Part shown: positions 11,819 to 26,395 of the stretch, in pieces
Layout of the letters: each line of letters starts with the position of its first letter
Numbering within the stretch: position 1 is the stretch's first letter
Source: Psilocybe cubensis
Lineage: Eukaryota
Reading direction: 5' to 3'
DNA length: 64,000 bases
Assembly (NCBI GenBank): GCA_017499595.2
Contig: CM039004.1
Location: forward strand, 1,736,001 to 1,800,000
Translations under genes and position numbers: made by a program
Notes under the pieces: generated by a model
What the model saw: only the letters and a program-made list of their open reading frames with translations
The model's database searches: none
Told to the model about the DNA's origin: nothing

Positions 11819-14261
11819 ATGGACGGCCTTGCCGCTGACCGCCACATTCTTGACTGGGACGAAACAGATGTTCATAATTGGCTGTCAAGCCTCGGCTATC
11901 GTCAGTACGAAAGTCAAATTCGAGGTACATGTTTCTTAGCATTCTTTACATGTATGATATCTTCTTATCACAAAACCTCAGAACATAAAATACAAGGAGA
12001 TTCACTGTGCGAGCTGGACTCGGATGGACTCAAGTCATTAGGCATTACGACCATCGGCCAACGACTCGCGATACTGAAAGCTATTTATCAAGTTAAACTC
12101 GCACAGAATGTGCCAATCCAAGAGCATCACTATGTCCCCCCATGTAAGCCGTTTATTTCTGGACCTGTATCTCAGTCAAGCCATGGTTGACCATACTCAA
12201 AGCTGAAGCTCCCGAGCGCGTGGAAAACATAAATGTCGAGAAGCTGCATTCCATTGTGAAGGACCAAGGTGAAACTCGCTATTTAATATATCTTCAATCT
12301 ATCTTATGAAGTATTGATTTGATAGCTCAACGGCTGCGAACACTGGAGGAGGAAAATCGGAGCTTGTCCACTGCCTTAAAGACGTTCGTGGATGAGTTCA
12401 ACACAATACGTGCATCATCGGGGCGGCCTGTATGTCCTCTATCAAATGTTTCTTGACTTTCAGTCTCACATCTTTAGGACGATCAACCCGTCATTCGGAG
12501 GCAACCTTCCTTTAAATGGGCTAAATCTCCGACTAAAGATACGCACATAGAATCGCCTCATCCATCACCTCAACGGGTTGAACACGACATTTCGTCGTAT
12601 TCAAGAAATGCCGGACCATCGACCTTGCCACAACCTCCAGCGGAGAAGGCACGAACACCCCCTCCTCAGCCTGATGCTACTGTTTCTGGGTCCCTCAAGC
12701 CGTCAAAGCAAGAGAGCTCGGATAACCTCAAGAGCTTCAAAGTTAGCTTAGAAGATCCGACGTGGAAAGTCCTTCCCGCGGCTCTCAAGAAATATCGTAT
12801 CAACAATGATAATTGGCAAAGTTATGCGATGTTCATCTGCTATGGCCCATCTGGTACGGCACCATGTCACCTTCATGCCTCTGCATCCACTTACCATCGT
12901 AATCAGGTAACCGCATAGAACGCTGTTTAAGCTACGATGAGAAACCGCTTTTGCTATTCCAAAAGCTTAAGGATGCGAAGAAAAACCCAGTTTTCATGCT
13001 GAAACACATCAAGGATATCCGCTCACCCATTGCGGTTGCACAACAGAAACATGCTGCTCGTAAAGCTTCCTCCGTAATATCGCAAGAATCTACGGTCACG
13101 GGTGCAACTCATGGACACCAAAAAGCCCCTTCACAATCACGCACCACACACCGACCTCCGAAATTAGAAGTTCAAGATCTATCTGCAACTACCCCAGCAC
13201 CTTCGACAGGGCTAAGTCCACAGCCCGGGTGGCCGGAGGCCAGTATGCTTTCTCCTGCAGCTGATGGTTCCCGACAGGAAGAAATGCCTGCATCTGCCAC
13301 CATTCACACGTCACACTTTTCTAATTTTTCAACCAATTCAACAATGAGTGCATCAAGTGGTTCTACGATGGTCGGTTCGAGTCAAACTGGAAATGGACGA
13401 GATTCGACCAAGCCAAATCAAGAGACCACGAGCAGCGCACGAGAAATGCCACCAGCCTCTTCTAGTGGAGTTTCGTATGCCGTTGCTATTTACCCTTATA
13501 TGGCTGAACAAGATGACGAGTTCGATGTCGTCGTGTAAGTTTGAATTTCTTCTATCATCACACCTCTATTCACATCACCATAGTGGCGACACCTTTGTTA
13601 TACTCTCTCGCGCCCGGGGTTGGTGGGTGGTTCAACGGGATCCAACCGGGTCAGGCATTGTCGAAACCGATATTGTTAAACAGGGCTGGGTTCCAGCTGG
13701 ATGTCTTTTGGAAACAAATGTCCCAGTTGCCTCAGCCATCGCCGAGGCCACCGCTGCAAAGAGTGGCTCTTCTTCAGGGTCACCTCCGGGAACGCCTGTC
13801 TCAAAAACTCCGATTTTACCCTTGAGCATCATTTCAACGAGTTTCCCTGGAATAGCTTTGATGGACTACAAGAAGAAAGGCGATGAAGAGTTGGACCTTG
13901 TCAAGGATGATGCTCTGAGGGTGTTCAAGCGATACAATCATTGGTCATACGTAAGATTACCTGATTATATTCTAAAGCGCTTCATCTTTGCTCATTGATA
14001 TCCATAGGCTGTAAAAGAGGTCGGCGGAGATCGCGGATGGGTTCCAGTAAGCACGAAATACTGCATCTATTTAATTCTGCTTTTTTGACCATATCTTAGT
14101 CATGGTTTATTGGCAAGGTTTCAGCATCTGGAGCCATGTCTGGTACACCAACTCCTGGTGCGCCAACACCTTCGAATATCGAAGATGGTGCAACACAAGT
14201 ATCACCAATGTCATCAGCTTTCCCCCCAGTGCAATCACGGAACACGCCAATAGTCGTATAG
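11819..14261 (+). CDS. UBC2: Ste50/Ubc2 MAPK adaptor (SAM + RA + 2 SH3); possible extra first exon at 11599-11646
   Basis: SAM and RA motifs as in the upstream copy, plus YAVAIYPYMAEQDDEFDV...GWWVV...GWVPAGCL and ALMDYKKKGDEELDL...GWVPSWFI (two SH3), the architecture of Ustilago Ubc2. Confidence 0.9.
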
Positions 14262-15381
14262 ACAAACCCTTTTATCATCAGTTTCCGAATCTATCCAAAA
14301 TCATTAATCGCGCCCACACCCACAGGAATGTTTTACACATCAACTTCATTAGTATATTTATGATCATCTTTGCACTCTTTTACCCATGCACCGTTCACTT
14401 GTATTCAATCACGATATACCTGACGCCTAGTTTTATTCCCGTAAATCTACATCTCCAACTTTGAGAGGCGGAGAATCCACATCGTACCCGCAAATACGCG
14501 TGTATTCTTGTTTGTAGTGTGCCGACATCTTGTTCATTCCTTACTCATTACTTTTCTCAGCGCGCTGGAAGGCTGTGTTCTCTTTTCTTAATGTAGATTA
14601 TGTACTGACATTTTTTGCTTTCTTTGGCGGACAGGATGTGTATTATATTGACATCAGATCATTGAAATCCGTTATCCATTCATGCTTTCGATAACTTTGC
14701 GCAGTAAGTCTGCTCCTGAAACTGATCTATGGATGCAATTATGTATTGGTCGCAGTGTATCGGATTTCATCGGCTTCATTTTGATTATAATAATCCATTC
14801 TATCTGCCATGCCCTCAAATATGGAACCTCCTGTATTTGTTTATTTCTACTCTTAGCTTTTGTAGCATGCCAAACTGTATTACCCACATGCTTTGGGTAC
14901 CTCAAATAGGCTCGAATATCCCATATCTAGAATCCAAGGATACTATAGAAACGACATCGCTCATCGTTGTCTGTCCAGTATCACAGAATTCAATGTAGCT
15001 AGTTAGTTAATTTGAAAGGTATGCATCATCATTGAATGAAATCGTGAAATGACATGCAAGGCGAAAACAGTCTTTATTGCCGACAACTGAGGGTGGAATG
15101 ATGATGGAAATACAGGAGATTGCTACAACATATGCCAGTACTATTCCTAAAACATAGAGAGTAATACGACATAATATCACTCAATAACACATGGATTTGT
15201 CTACTAACTACGTGAACTCAATAGTAATGTACAGATTTGAGGTTTGAAGAAAGAAAAAAAAGGGAAATTCGCCAAAATTCAAAAAAGTGATCGAATGAAA
15301 AGGCAAAGAAAAAGGTAAACATGTGGTCAATCAAAACCGAAATGAAAAAAACGTGGAGAGATAACAAAAAATGAAAACCAC

Positions 15382-16929
15382 CTAGTGCCACCATCTTTTC
15401 TTGCGTTGTCTATCTTCGTGTGATCGCGGGTCAGCACCTACGAAGTGAGATGGTTAGCTAACTTCCTCATGTTATTCATATTATCATTGATGAAAGGGCT
15501 CAACTGGTGCTAGAAGGAGATTGATAATCTGTGGGTCCAGAGGGCCGGTTTGTGAAATGCAGACTATGCACAAACGCTAAAAATCACGTACATTTCTCAG
15601 AACTCCTCCGCTTCCGTCCAAGGTTGTTATTGATTATAGGCGTTGCTATACGACATAAGCAACTTAAGCATGACAATAAATGTTTCATCAGCAGATCCTT
15701 ACGTGTGGAATGGCGCGAGTAGGGAGGTGGAGGCGGAGGCGGAGAAGCCCCATAAGCCATTCCTGAGGGGTTCACCATTGGTTGTGGGTGCACAGTATCT
15801 GGAGGAAGATACAGGGGTGCCGGTTGGTCCGAAATCCGCCTGCTCTTTGAAGTGTTTGTAGGAGCGGGAAGAGGGGGAATATGTCCTGCAGGGTGCTGTT
15901 CTACCCCGTTGATAGTGCGGACCTCGCGCCCGTCAGGTAAGGTCCGAAGAATATGTTCATTTCCCTTTGCGCGAAACAATACCCTTTTAGTCAATGAGAG
16001 AAGTCACACTGGAAATTACTCACATTGGAGTCAACACGTTTACGGATCGTTTGAGTGACACCGTTCACAGTAGATGTCATAAAACTTTCTGATACCCATT
16101 TTCCGCGGTTGTTGTTGAATGCAGAGGATTCAATCGCCGGAGCAGTGGGAATAGGCGGCATAAAACCAAACCTAGGGAAACCTGACATGCTGAAAGGATC
16201 CCGATCGATATTGTCCATGAAGGATTCGATCTCCGCTTGCATTCGGTGCATATGGGCAAACGGATCCATTGCTGGAGAGAATGAAGGGTGTCGATGGCGA
16301 GAGGGCCCACCGAAGAAAGGATCGCCTTCAAAGATTGAATTAAACAACTCGAATGGATCTGTGAACTCGAATGCAGAGAATGGAGAATGATGATGAGGGA
16401 AAAAAGGATCGGGAAAGCTGTTGTTCCTAGAAGGGCGACGACTTCCAGAGAATGACCTAGAGCCTTGTCTATGGGTGGGGTGTATTTCCTCCGCTTCGGG
16501 GGGTGGCCAGACACCATGGATGTCGTATTCCTAACAGAGGGCAACAGTTAATGAAACAGAAGAAGACATCTGTCTGATATAATGCACTAACGGCTCGTTT
16601 CTTAGGATCGCTGAGGACCTCATATGCATTGTTGACCTGTGGAGTCACGGGTAAGCAATGTCTGTAAGTAAGTGATGATTCAAATGAAACAGCGCCATAC
16701 CCTCCTAAACTTCTCCTCTGAGGAAGTTTTATCAGCGGGAGTTGCATTTGGAGGTAGCCTGTCTGGATGAGTTTGCAACGCTCTTTTCTTGTAAGCTTTC
16801 CGGACTGAAGTGAGAGAAGAGGGGCCTCATTAGTGATAACAGATGATATGAGAGAATACAAATAACAAACGTACTTTGTTCCGGAGAGGCATCCTTTGAG
16901 ATTCCCAGTTCTTCGTAGAGGCCAGACAT
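15382..16929 (-). CDS. DnaJ/Hsp40 J-domain protein (DNAJB6-like, G/F-rich region)
   Basis: MSGLYEELGISKDASPEQ...RKAYKKRALQTHPD...VNNAYEVLSDPKKR.YD; F.FTDPFELFNSIF. Confidence 0.88.
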
Positions 16930-17134
16930 TATAGAAATACAGAAGATAAAAGGAAAGAAAGTACAAGGATGTCGATGGGACAGTCGACCTTTTATAAGGA
17001 ATGTTCTGGAGGCATGCGCCACACACGAAGTCGGAATCCGGATGGAGTAACCGTCTCATTACAGTGCATCACGTGCACATTTTTTCAAGTTGGGCCGACT
17101 CGCTCAGAGTGCTTTCACCTTAATTCTTCCCTCC

Positions 17135-18988
17135 ATGATTCTACAAGAGTCAATTCTTTGCGCCACTGCTCCTCCAACATCCGGTGCTGGTTCTGGTTCC
17201 ATTTTTTTGCATGATATTCAAACAGGTGCAACACTTGCGTCGTTCAAGCAGACCAATGCCGGCCCGCATTCTCTGGCAGTGCTCGAATCAAACAGCACGC
17301 AGGGCGGGATAATGCTTGCATCCCAGCCCGATAAATCTATATTGAATGTATACAACTTCCAAAAGGTGAGGCATTTTCATCAATTCTACCTAGAGCTTAG
17401 TTAATGATTGAACTAGGACCAAATTAGTCTTAAAATCGTGCTCCCTGAGAAGCTGACCGCCATTGCCCTCGATCGACGAGGCGATCTATGTGCAGGTGGA
17501 ACTGCTACAGGCAGAGTATACTTATGGGAGGTTTGTTCGTTCCCTATCACTGTAATTGGTCTGAAAATTTAGTCAATATTTCAGACGTCATCGGGTGTCC
17601 TCTTCAATTCATGGGACGCGCACTACAGACAAGTCAACGTACTTCGTTTTACAAACGATGGTGCTGCTCTGATTTCTGGAAGCGATGACTCAGGAGTGAG
17701 CGTCTGGTCCGTATCCAGGTCAATATGACCTCGCGTTCCTCCTTTGCCGCTAACTGATACATGGTATTCAGATTAGTTGATGAGGACATGCAGAGAGAGC
17801 TCGCGGTGCCTTACTGTACCCTTTCCGATCATACACTTCCTGTCACAGATATTATATGCGGCATCGGTCTCTTTCCCGATTGTCGCGTTTTAACATCCTC
17901 AATTGACCATTCCGTCAAGGTCCGTAAATTATTTCTGCTGTCATTGTCAGTTTCTGAATCAGTGGTTTCTTAGTTGTGGGACCTTTCTACCAGATCGCTT
18001 TTAACAACCTTCCAATTTCCTCGACCGATCTCATATCTCGCGTGGGATGTCACAGAACGATTATTTTTCGCAGCATCTTCCGATGGTTCAGTTCACCAAA
18101 TGAATCTATTTTATGAACGAGAATCCAAATTGAGCGGTGTTGTTACAGAAGCTATAGGAGGCGCGGGCGTAACGGACATCATACGTGTTGATGATGATGT
18201 AGATCGCGAAGCAAGACGAAAGAGGTTAATAAATTTAGGGTGCGTCACAATCCCGCTATGGTCTCAAAATTAAATTCCAACAACGAAGTTCAGGCAAGCG
18301 ATAACGAGCATGTGTATTTCCTTAACATCCGCTATCCTCCTTGTTGGCACCTCAGAAGGTTTAATCCACTTGTACGATGTACCATCGCATCAGCTGCTTC
18401 GCACGATATCGACACATAAAGGGATGTCGATAGCCTACCTTTCGACAATGATCAAGCCTCCTGATTTAATTGGCCATACCAATCTGGAGTTCGGGCCTGG
18501 AAATAGCACCGATACAAAGGACTTCTTACCCGTCAAGCCAATCATGCCATTCCAAAGAATGCGCGACCCCAAAACTCGCGAGGCCCATGAAATATCTTTG
18601 ATCCTGCCAAGTACCCGCAATGTAAGAATATCATGTTAAGCTTCTAGTTTCCGCACTCGCTTATTTGCGTTATCAGGGATATCGAGACGAGTTCTCATCG
18701 TATAGCCAGGAAGAATTTTTGCGAGACTACTCCTATTTCGTCGAACCCTCGTCGATATCCAAGGCCGGAACTTCAGATTCTCTTGCTCTCAAGACCAAGG
18801 TGGAAGAACTAGAATCTGAGGTAGAGAAGCTACGTTCACAGCTCAGTAAAGCCAAGGGTGTGAATGACGCCATGTGGGATACTGTTGTTAACAAAATAGT
18901 CAGTCAGCCCAAGGGTTCGGCGCTATCGCACACAGAAGGCACTGAAAACCCCGACGAAAGGCGAAGAAAACGAGGGCGTGCTATGTAG
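17135..18988 (+). CDS. IPI3: WD40 pre-rRNA processing protein Ipi3/WDR18
   Basis: LYLWE..SG.L...WDAHYRQVNVLRF; LSDHTLPVTDI; C-terminal coiled coil. Confidence 0.88.
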
Positions 18989-19849
18989 GGTGACCCCTAG
19001 AACTCAGTCAAAAGTATAGTGAGTTCGTATCAACGATGATTTGAAACCCAATACCGTTCTAACTAGACGCTAGAATTGCATTATTGTCTACCTTGTTGTA
19101 GATTATGGTTTCGATATAATAAAACATCTCATCGCCAATATCTTTCTCGAGGCGATTTTTAACTATTAGCTAACGGAAACCCCAAACTAAACACCTATTT
19201 TTCTGTCGTCTACCCTAGATCTATGATGTCAAAACCAAAATGGTTGCGCATGAATTCGGAAGGAAAGTGATTGACCACATGCACTCTAAGGAGCCAGTCG
19301 GTTCATTGTGATTAAACTTGACGGTACGCACAAATCTCTTGGCCATCTGGTTCTTTCTCCGCGATGCGGAAGGCGGTAATATGTGTCACATTCACTAATT
19401 TAGTTTCAAGTTTTAGTTTGGACCAAATTTGCCATACAGCCCTTCGGATAACTATACTGGACCATGCAGTAACCCGAAATACTAGGCTAGTAAATATTCA
19501 AAGTGCAGGTTCGGTCTTCCTCTGTCTTTGTCCAGTAGAGTTATCTTGATGAATATCTTTCTTTGAACCTCGCCATTCTCCCTTTCTACGAGGCGTTTAG
19601 GCGGCACTTCGGTAAAAATAATCATTTACTCCAAGCTCGCGGCGGCAGGCTATACATTTTATATCTTCCGGTTGGTATCCAAATCGATGCCAAAGGGATG
19701 TGTATCTGCAAACGACATGTCTTGGCTACCTCGATGTATCCTTCGATCGTTTATGAACCTGCGATGATTTTGCGGGGTATATGTACGCTGAAGTATTTAT
19801 ACTGAGGCATTTGCAAGGCAAAAGCTTCAGACTGAGTCGCCTACGAAAC

Positions 19850-20864
19850 ATGCAGATCCAGAAACTCTTGATCCTGACGTCTTTTGTCGCTACAGCTTTG
19901 GCTCATACCCGGGTTTGGGGTGTTTGGGTTAATGGCATTGACCAAGGAAATGGAGTTGACCAATATGTTCGCTCACCGCCAACCAATAACCCTCTTAAGG
20001 ACCTGAATCAGGGCAACATTGCTTGCAATGTCAACAACCGCGGTGACTAACTTTTTTTTTTGACCCGACTATCTCTCAACCTGTGTCACAGTCGTTTCTC
20101 GCACCATCAATGTCAAGGCTGGAGACAGGGTCACTTTTGAGTGGTTCCACGATAGGTAGGAATCAACATCAGTCATTGTGCAGATCTCATTGGAGATGCC
20201 ACCTTTTAGCCGTCAGGATGATATTATTGCTAGTTCTCACAAGGGACCAGGTTCGTACCAGTGTTTCGACTTCAGAGTAGCAATGTTTGCTGAGCAGTCC
20301 TTGAAATCAAGTTCTTGTCTATATTGCGCCTGCCTCTTCCAATGGCAATGGAAATGTTTGGACCAAACTCTTCCACGACGGTTACAGCAATGGACAATGG
20401 GCTGTTGACCGTCTCCTCAATGCACGGGGAAAGCACAGCATCACCATCCCCAATATCCCTGCTGGTGATTATCTTCTTCGTCGTACGTAGGCTCTTTTCG
20501 CCAGAGTACAAGTTCGCCAGCTAAAATAAACTTAGCTGAGATCATCGCTCTTCACGAGGCCAATGTTCCTTATAGCGCCAACGCTTTTCGTGGCGCGCAA
20601 CTTTACATGAACTGTGTTCAGATTAGGGTCACTTCCAATGGAGGATCCAGTCTTCCGGGGGACTCTCAATTCCCTGGTATGAAATCGTCCATCAGACCAT
20701 AGTACAACAGCATTGGTTTTGACGCTGTTGACCGTTTAGGCACTTATAACTACGACACTCCCGGAATTGTGTGGAATTTGTACGACAAGACTCTTGACCA
20801 CAACAACTACCAAATCCCAGGACCTGGCGTTTGGACCGGCTCTTCAGGAGGAGGTTACAACTAA
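19850..20864 (+). CDS. AA9 lytic polysaccharide monooxygenase (secreted, no CBM1)
   Basis: Signal peptide followed by N-terminal His ([14 protein letters not shown]); [21 protein letters not shown]...[16 protein letters not shown]. Confidence 0.93.
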
Positions 20865-21242
20865 TCTCTTCTTAAATGTACTACATAGTAGCTTTTTGGA
20901 AAGAATGAAGTTGAAATCTCGGCCGTCACAAGATTAGATATAGTTTGAAGCATTATTTTATTTTATTTTTTGCAAGTTCAATCCGACCATTAGCCATGTA
21001 TGATGATGGTCTCGGTGTGGAGGCCTTTTGTTGAAGTTGTGGGGTCTGGACTGTTGAGCCGGACCCCGGTAAACATGGGATCAAAAATAGCCGTGCAATC
21101 ACCCACGGGGATGCGGAATGGATGCGGGGTATGAGAATGTGAAAGATGCCGGAGGAAGTCTGGAAGACATACGCATCCTTCTTGTTCTCTAACTACCAAC
21201 GATCTACACACATCTTTGTCCAACTGAGCTCAATTTTGAAAA

Positions 21243-21740
21243 ATGGTTGGTGATGTGATTTGCCCTCTTAACAGATTGAATTATGATTGCTGAGCCGTGT
21301 CGTGTATCTGTAGTCTGCATACCCCGCTTACACTATGGGAGGACTTTGCATCGTGGGTGGTGTGACTGGATTTGCTAGGACACGTTCCATACCATCGTTG
21401 GTTGCTGGTGTTGGGTAGGTTTCCCTCCTTGAACGTCTCTACTAGTACCATCTAATATAATGCCTGCCAGTGTTGGCCTGTTGTACCTTTGGAGTGCTGA
21501 TAGCATACGCAAGGGAACACCCAACGGTCTCGAGGGTGCTCTGGGTAAGTTGAGAACAATGACTGTTCCGTCTGCGCATGCTTATTATTTAATGCATTAT
21601 GTTTAGGAGCGTCGGCACTGCTATTCCTATCATCACTTCCTCGATTCGCCAAAGGCCCTGTTCCCGCAATTCTGACACTCACTTCAGCAGGCACTGGCCT
21701 CTATTATGGAAACACTGTTTACAACCTCAGAAACCACTAG
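21243..21740 (+). CDS. TMEM14 (UPF0136) small membrane protein; first exon appears to be the ATG only
   Basis: SAYPAYTMGGLCIVGGVTGFARTRSIPSLVAGVG...GASALL...RFAKGPVP assembled across three introns. Confidence 0.85.
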
Positions 21741-22264
21741 CTATCTACGAATATCACTTACAATATCAAACCTTTTGGGTATTTTCTGAACATGATGCTT
21801 GGGATCGGTTGAACTTGGACGACGGCAAATTGTCACTACAACCATTTCTCTCTGGTATGAAGCACATTACGATGAGCAATGAATTAGTACTCGGGTCAGC
21901 ATTGAAGCCTAGGCAACGCCCAGTCACCGTACTCAGGTTGTTCCAGAACGGTGTTCGAGTATGGCTTACCATTAGGTGTGTGATGGCAAGAGAGACCGCA
22001 TGTATTTCTGAGATTACTCAGTAGCTCAACACTGTAGAGGTACGTACAGAGGGGATGCGTGTATTCAGAGACACGATCGGCACCAGAAGCAAGTCTATTT
22101 TTAGCTGCCTGCGCGTCATATCCCCACCGGAGGCATATCCAGCAAACAAGTTTGGGATTTGGAATCTAATTAGCGTGATCCCAGACATCACATAAAATGA
22201 ATAATATACGTCTTCCTTGGTTTGCTGTCAATATTCACCGTTCATTCATCCGCAATAATCCGCA

Positions 22265-23466
22265 ATGCACAACAAAATTGCAGAGAATCTTTTTGGAACA
22301 ATCGGTATACTTTCTTGCAAATACCTTCAGCAATATGACGGTCCCTAATGATCCCATTTAGGAACGATATGTTGGACTGCCCAACTAATTCCTCAGGTTT
22401 GGAAAAGCTATCGAACTAAATCTACTAAAGGGTTGTCCCATTGGCTCATGTAAGCTCCTACACCTCGATGACACTGGCATATTCCCTGTTCACACATCTT
22501 TCTTCAAACAGGCTGCTTTGGGGAATCTCTGCTGTCTTTCAAGGGGTTTACGCCCTCCTACAGAAGTTAAACATTCCACTTGAGGTTCAGCCCCAGATTT
22601 TTGTTTTTTTGTCGTTTCTCAGTTGGGGACAGGCGAGTTCGACCTTTACCATAGCACGTAGCGAGACTCGGAAATTAACGTAATTGCACCTCCAGTGCCA
22701 ATACTACGGTTCACAGAGATCGTTGCGCGCTTCAGTCATACTCACCACGATTATCATTATTTTCTTTGGTATATTAGAGCTCACCATAGTTCTTGTCGTT
22801 CGTCCATCACACAATCGAGGAAACCATGCCGCGGCAGACGCCTTTGGCATTTTCGGGTCGATTTTGGTTTCTCTGGCGTTATTCCCTCAGTATTGGGAAA
22901 TCTACAAATACAAAGAGGTGATTGGGATATCTATGGTATTCATATGGGTCGATATCATGGGTGGCGTCTTCAACCTTCTATCACTTGCGTTCAAAGAGAA
23001 GTTCGATGCCATTGCGGCAGTGACGTATTCGTTGGTCGTCGTAAGCTGTTAAATTTGCACTTAGTTTCTGAAACTGATACATACTGCGACAAAGGTACTG
23101 GACGGCGTCATTGTGGTTGCTGCCATGATCCTAAATCCAAGGGCTCATAAACGCCGACGAGATACGCTAGGAAGAGAAAAAAATGAAGAAAGTCACGCAT
23201 CCCTTTGGGAGCCATCAAGGCCAGGTTCCCAACGGCCGTCTTTGGAGAACAGAGAGAGTTCATATTCCAACGTTGACAGAAGACCCTACAGTGACACAAA
23301 AAACAATGAAACTCGGGACGGACTTCCTTCCTACACTGAAAGAGACCAGACTCGCGACGGCGACACACCCACGAATGAAGCTGAGGATGTGGACCAGCCC
23401 CCTGGTTACGAAGGTTCAAGCCCAACCATTCCTTTGCCACCGCCAGTCCTATTCCATCAAAATTGA
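22265..23466 (+). CDS. PQ-loop repeat membrane transporter
   Basis: GTICWTAQLIPQVWKSYRTKSTKGLS and LALFPQYWEIYKYKEVIGIS (two PQ motifs). Confidence 0.9.
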
Positions 23467-23699
23467 ACGGAGGGATAAGGCTGCTTGAGGTGAGTACATC
23501 TTCTGTTTGAAGGTTTTGGAATTAAAATATGGATGACGAATAACGTCTTGAACATGTACGTATTAATAGATACAAACTCCAGAGATCCGAGCTAGAGTGG
23601 GTTGGGAGATGTGTATATGTGATGTGCAGCAGTACCAAAGGAGCGGAATAGGAAATGGTCTCACAGTACCGGATCAGTCGATAACTAGGAGTGAAATTG

Positions 23700-24880
23700 T
23701 CAATCGTTCCTTGTGAACTTTCCCTTCCCACTGTCATGCCCGTTAATGGCTCTTTCTTCGTCACTAGCAGCAGTCGTGCTGCTCTCCGTACCGAGCTTTG
23801 AGTGAGCTCTCGAGGAACTTGAGCCAGCATAGGTTAGTTCATCTTCGTCGAACAGAATCTCTTCTTCTATCCCTCTATCCTTCCCCATAGAGATACTGCC
23901 AAAGCCCTTTTTGCGTGGTGTTCGGCCGGGGGCGCTGACAAAGTCGGCAAAGCTGGCAATAGATGAGTTGTTGTTATTACTTGAACCTCGTCGGTGACCT
24001 GAAGCAGGAGGTGTACGGAGTGGGACGCGATAGAAGTCTTCGATTTCTTCGTCTTCTTCGGCAAGTGCGTCGTATGCTGCATGTGATGCAACATTTGAAG
24101 AAGCGTAGGCATTTCGTGAAAGTGGGAGAGACCTGTATGATCCTTTCCTTAAGTGCATAGCGTAAGAGTAGATGAGGAGTGCAAAATAGATCTACACAAG
24201 TTAGGTAAGTGCTATGGTTTGGAAGTGAAGTTGGTCAGCGAACCTTGAATATCCAGGAGATGATTATAACGAAGGCAGCAAGTCCCTTCTCGTGGTTCCA
24301 TATGGCCAAGGCAGCTTCCTTGCGCTCCTCGTCCGTGAGATGCGTGGCGGACGAATTACCGAGTTCCATCATTTTCTGCTGCGCGACTGAGTTGGCCTGT
24401 CTCTGTCCATCGTGAGGATTCCACAGCCACCAGCCTACAGCGAAAAATACTGTCCACGAAGTAGAAAATATATGATCCGCGAAGAATAAATGAGCGAAAT
24501 AGAGGGTCTTCTTGGGATCCTCCTGTTGGATATTTAGTGTCAGATGAATGTGACATAAGTTTGACAAGGCTGCGGTTGACGCACTTCCTGGACTACTCGA
24601 AGGCCCCAAGCTAGGGCAACAAGGGCGATAACGGAGTATATGTAGAGACTCAGTTGGGCAAACGAGCCGCCTGCACCGGTCAAGACGGCAATTAATCCGT
24701 ATACACCAGCAACCTTGTTGAGAAGCTAAACGATGGTAAGGCTATGAGGAGACACTGAAACGAAGAGAAAATACAGACAGCAAATAAGAGGGCAACAGTA
24801 ACGCCTGTCTTGATGTCAAGGACACCAAAAAACGAAGAAAGAGGCCAGAGGCGCCATTCAGGGCGTAGCATGAGCTTCAT
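23700..24880 (-). CDS. KEI1: inositol phosphorylceramide synthase regulatory subunit (DUF1753)
   Basis: SFFGVLDIKTGVTVALLFALLNKVAGVYGLIA N-terminal signature; four TM segments. Confidence 0.85.
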
Positions 24881-24983
24881 GAAGGATCATGCAGAGAGGA
24901 AAGAAGAAGAGGAGCGTGGATTACGTAACACATAATTTCTCTTTTTCTTTTGCTCTCACTACCGCACAACATAACATCACTCA

Positions 24984-26114
24984 ATGGCAAGCTATTTCTC
25001 CAACCACTCCGCCTCTAGATTTCTTGCAAATAGTACAACAACGCCCGCAACGACATCCACCGCCCTCTCGCCCTCCAACTCTTCTGCACAACCCACTGCA
25101 CCCGCCACAACGCCCTCCAGACAGCGTATCCCAAGCTCAAAGCATTTCTCCACCAGCGTAAACGTCTCCCAGCCAGTTGCTTCAAAGGATCCTACATCCT
25201 CTTCCACCACATCCTCTGCTTCTGCATCACAGGTCCATCCACTACGAAACACGTATGTTCGTATTTTTTTCCGTGTCAGCGATCGCATCCCTTTTGACCG
25301 CTTCTCTGGTTTAGTTGGGTATTTTGGTTTAGACAACAACGCGCACCCGGAAACAAAATCATTAGCTACGAAGAAGGGATAAAAAAGATCGCGGCTTTTA
25401 GTTCTGTAAGCTTATGCCATTCACCTCATTCATTTTTACTGGGCGCTAAAGTGATCTGGAGGTCGAATCGTTCTGGTCCTTGTGGACCCATCTGACGCCT
25501 CCATCATCCCTGCAACCCACTACAGACTATCTTCTTTTCCATGCAGGTATACGCCGACCTGTGTGGGAGGACCCACTGAATATTACTGGCGGAAAATGGA
25601 TCATACGCCTCAAAAAGGGCATTGCCGATCGTTTCTGGGAGGATCTTGTGTTAGCAATAATTGGTGACCAATTCGACAATTGCCGCAGCAAAGTGGAGGA
25701 CAGTCCCAAGGGGAAATCAGGCGTCTCCGCCACCGGAAAATCTGAGGATGGCAGCGAAGGAGGGAGCGAGTGGCCGGAAATCTGTGGGTGCACGCTTAGT
25801 GTAAGGCAAAGTGAGGATATCGTCACAGTGTGGAACAGAGTGGATGGCGACCCTAAGCTGAGAGAGCAAATTCGGTACGTGATTCGCCGCTGAGAATATG
25901 GTTTATTGGGGTTAACATGGAGACCAGTGATACTCTGCGGAAGGTTCTGAACCTTCCACCATCAACCATAATGGAATACAAATCTAATAATGGTACGTCG
26001 GATGACTGATAATGTCGGTCGTTTGCTCAACAAACGGGATTAGACTCGATGCAAGACAAGTCAAGTTTCCGGAGAACAGCGATCGACAAGACGCCAATGT
26101 CCCCAGCATCTTGA
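24984..26114 (+). CDS. EIF4E2: translation initiation factor eIF4E, class II (4EHP-like)
   Basis: HPL..W; SVESFWSLW; RPVWEDPLNITGGKWIIRLKKGIADRFWEDLVLAIIGDQF; Tyr (SYEEG) at the first cap-stacking position. Confidence 0.88.
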
Positions 26115-26395
26115 CCTTCCGTGTACGATGTCAGGAGGTTGTGTGGAGGATAATATGGGTGCTGTATATGATGTTGTGATATCAGTTGTAGCTCGATTTC
26201 TTGTGTGAAATGAAGGGACTCGGTTGAATATTTGCGGTTTTATGCCGTTATCAGTTAGTCACGTGGGTAGGAATAACGACACACCACGGATGACAAGTTT
26301 GCGAACTTTGCAACGCTTACATTAATCCCAGTGAGATTTTGAGTTGACAGTCACGGCGACATCTAACAATTGGATTCCATTTATGAAGCGAGCAC

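Noticed and set aside
14672-14998. Short hydrophobic ORFs between the Ubc2 and DnaJ genes
   Set aside because: No recognisable motif; AT-rich 3' UTR-like sequence
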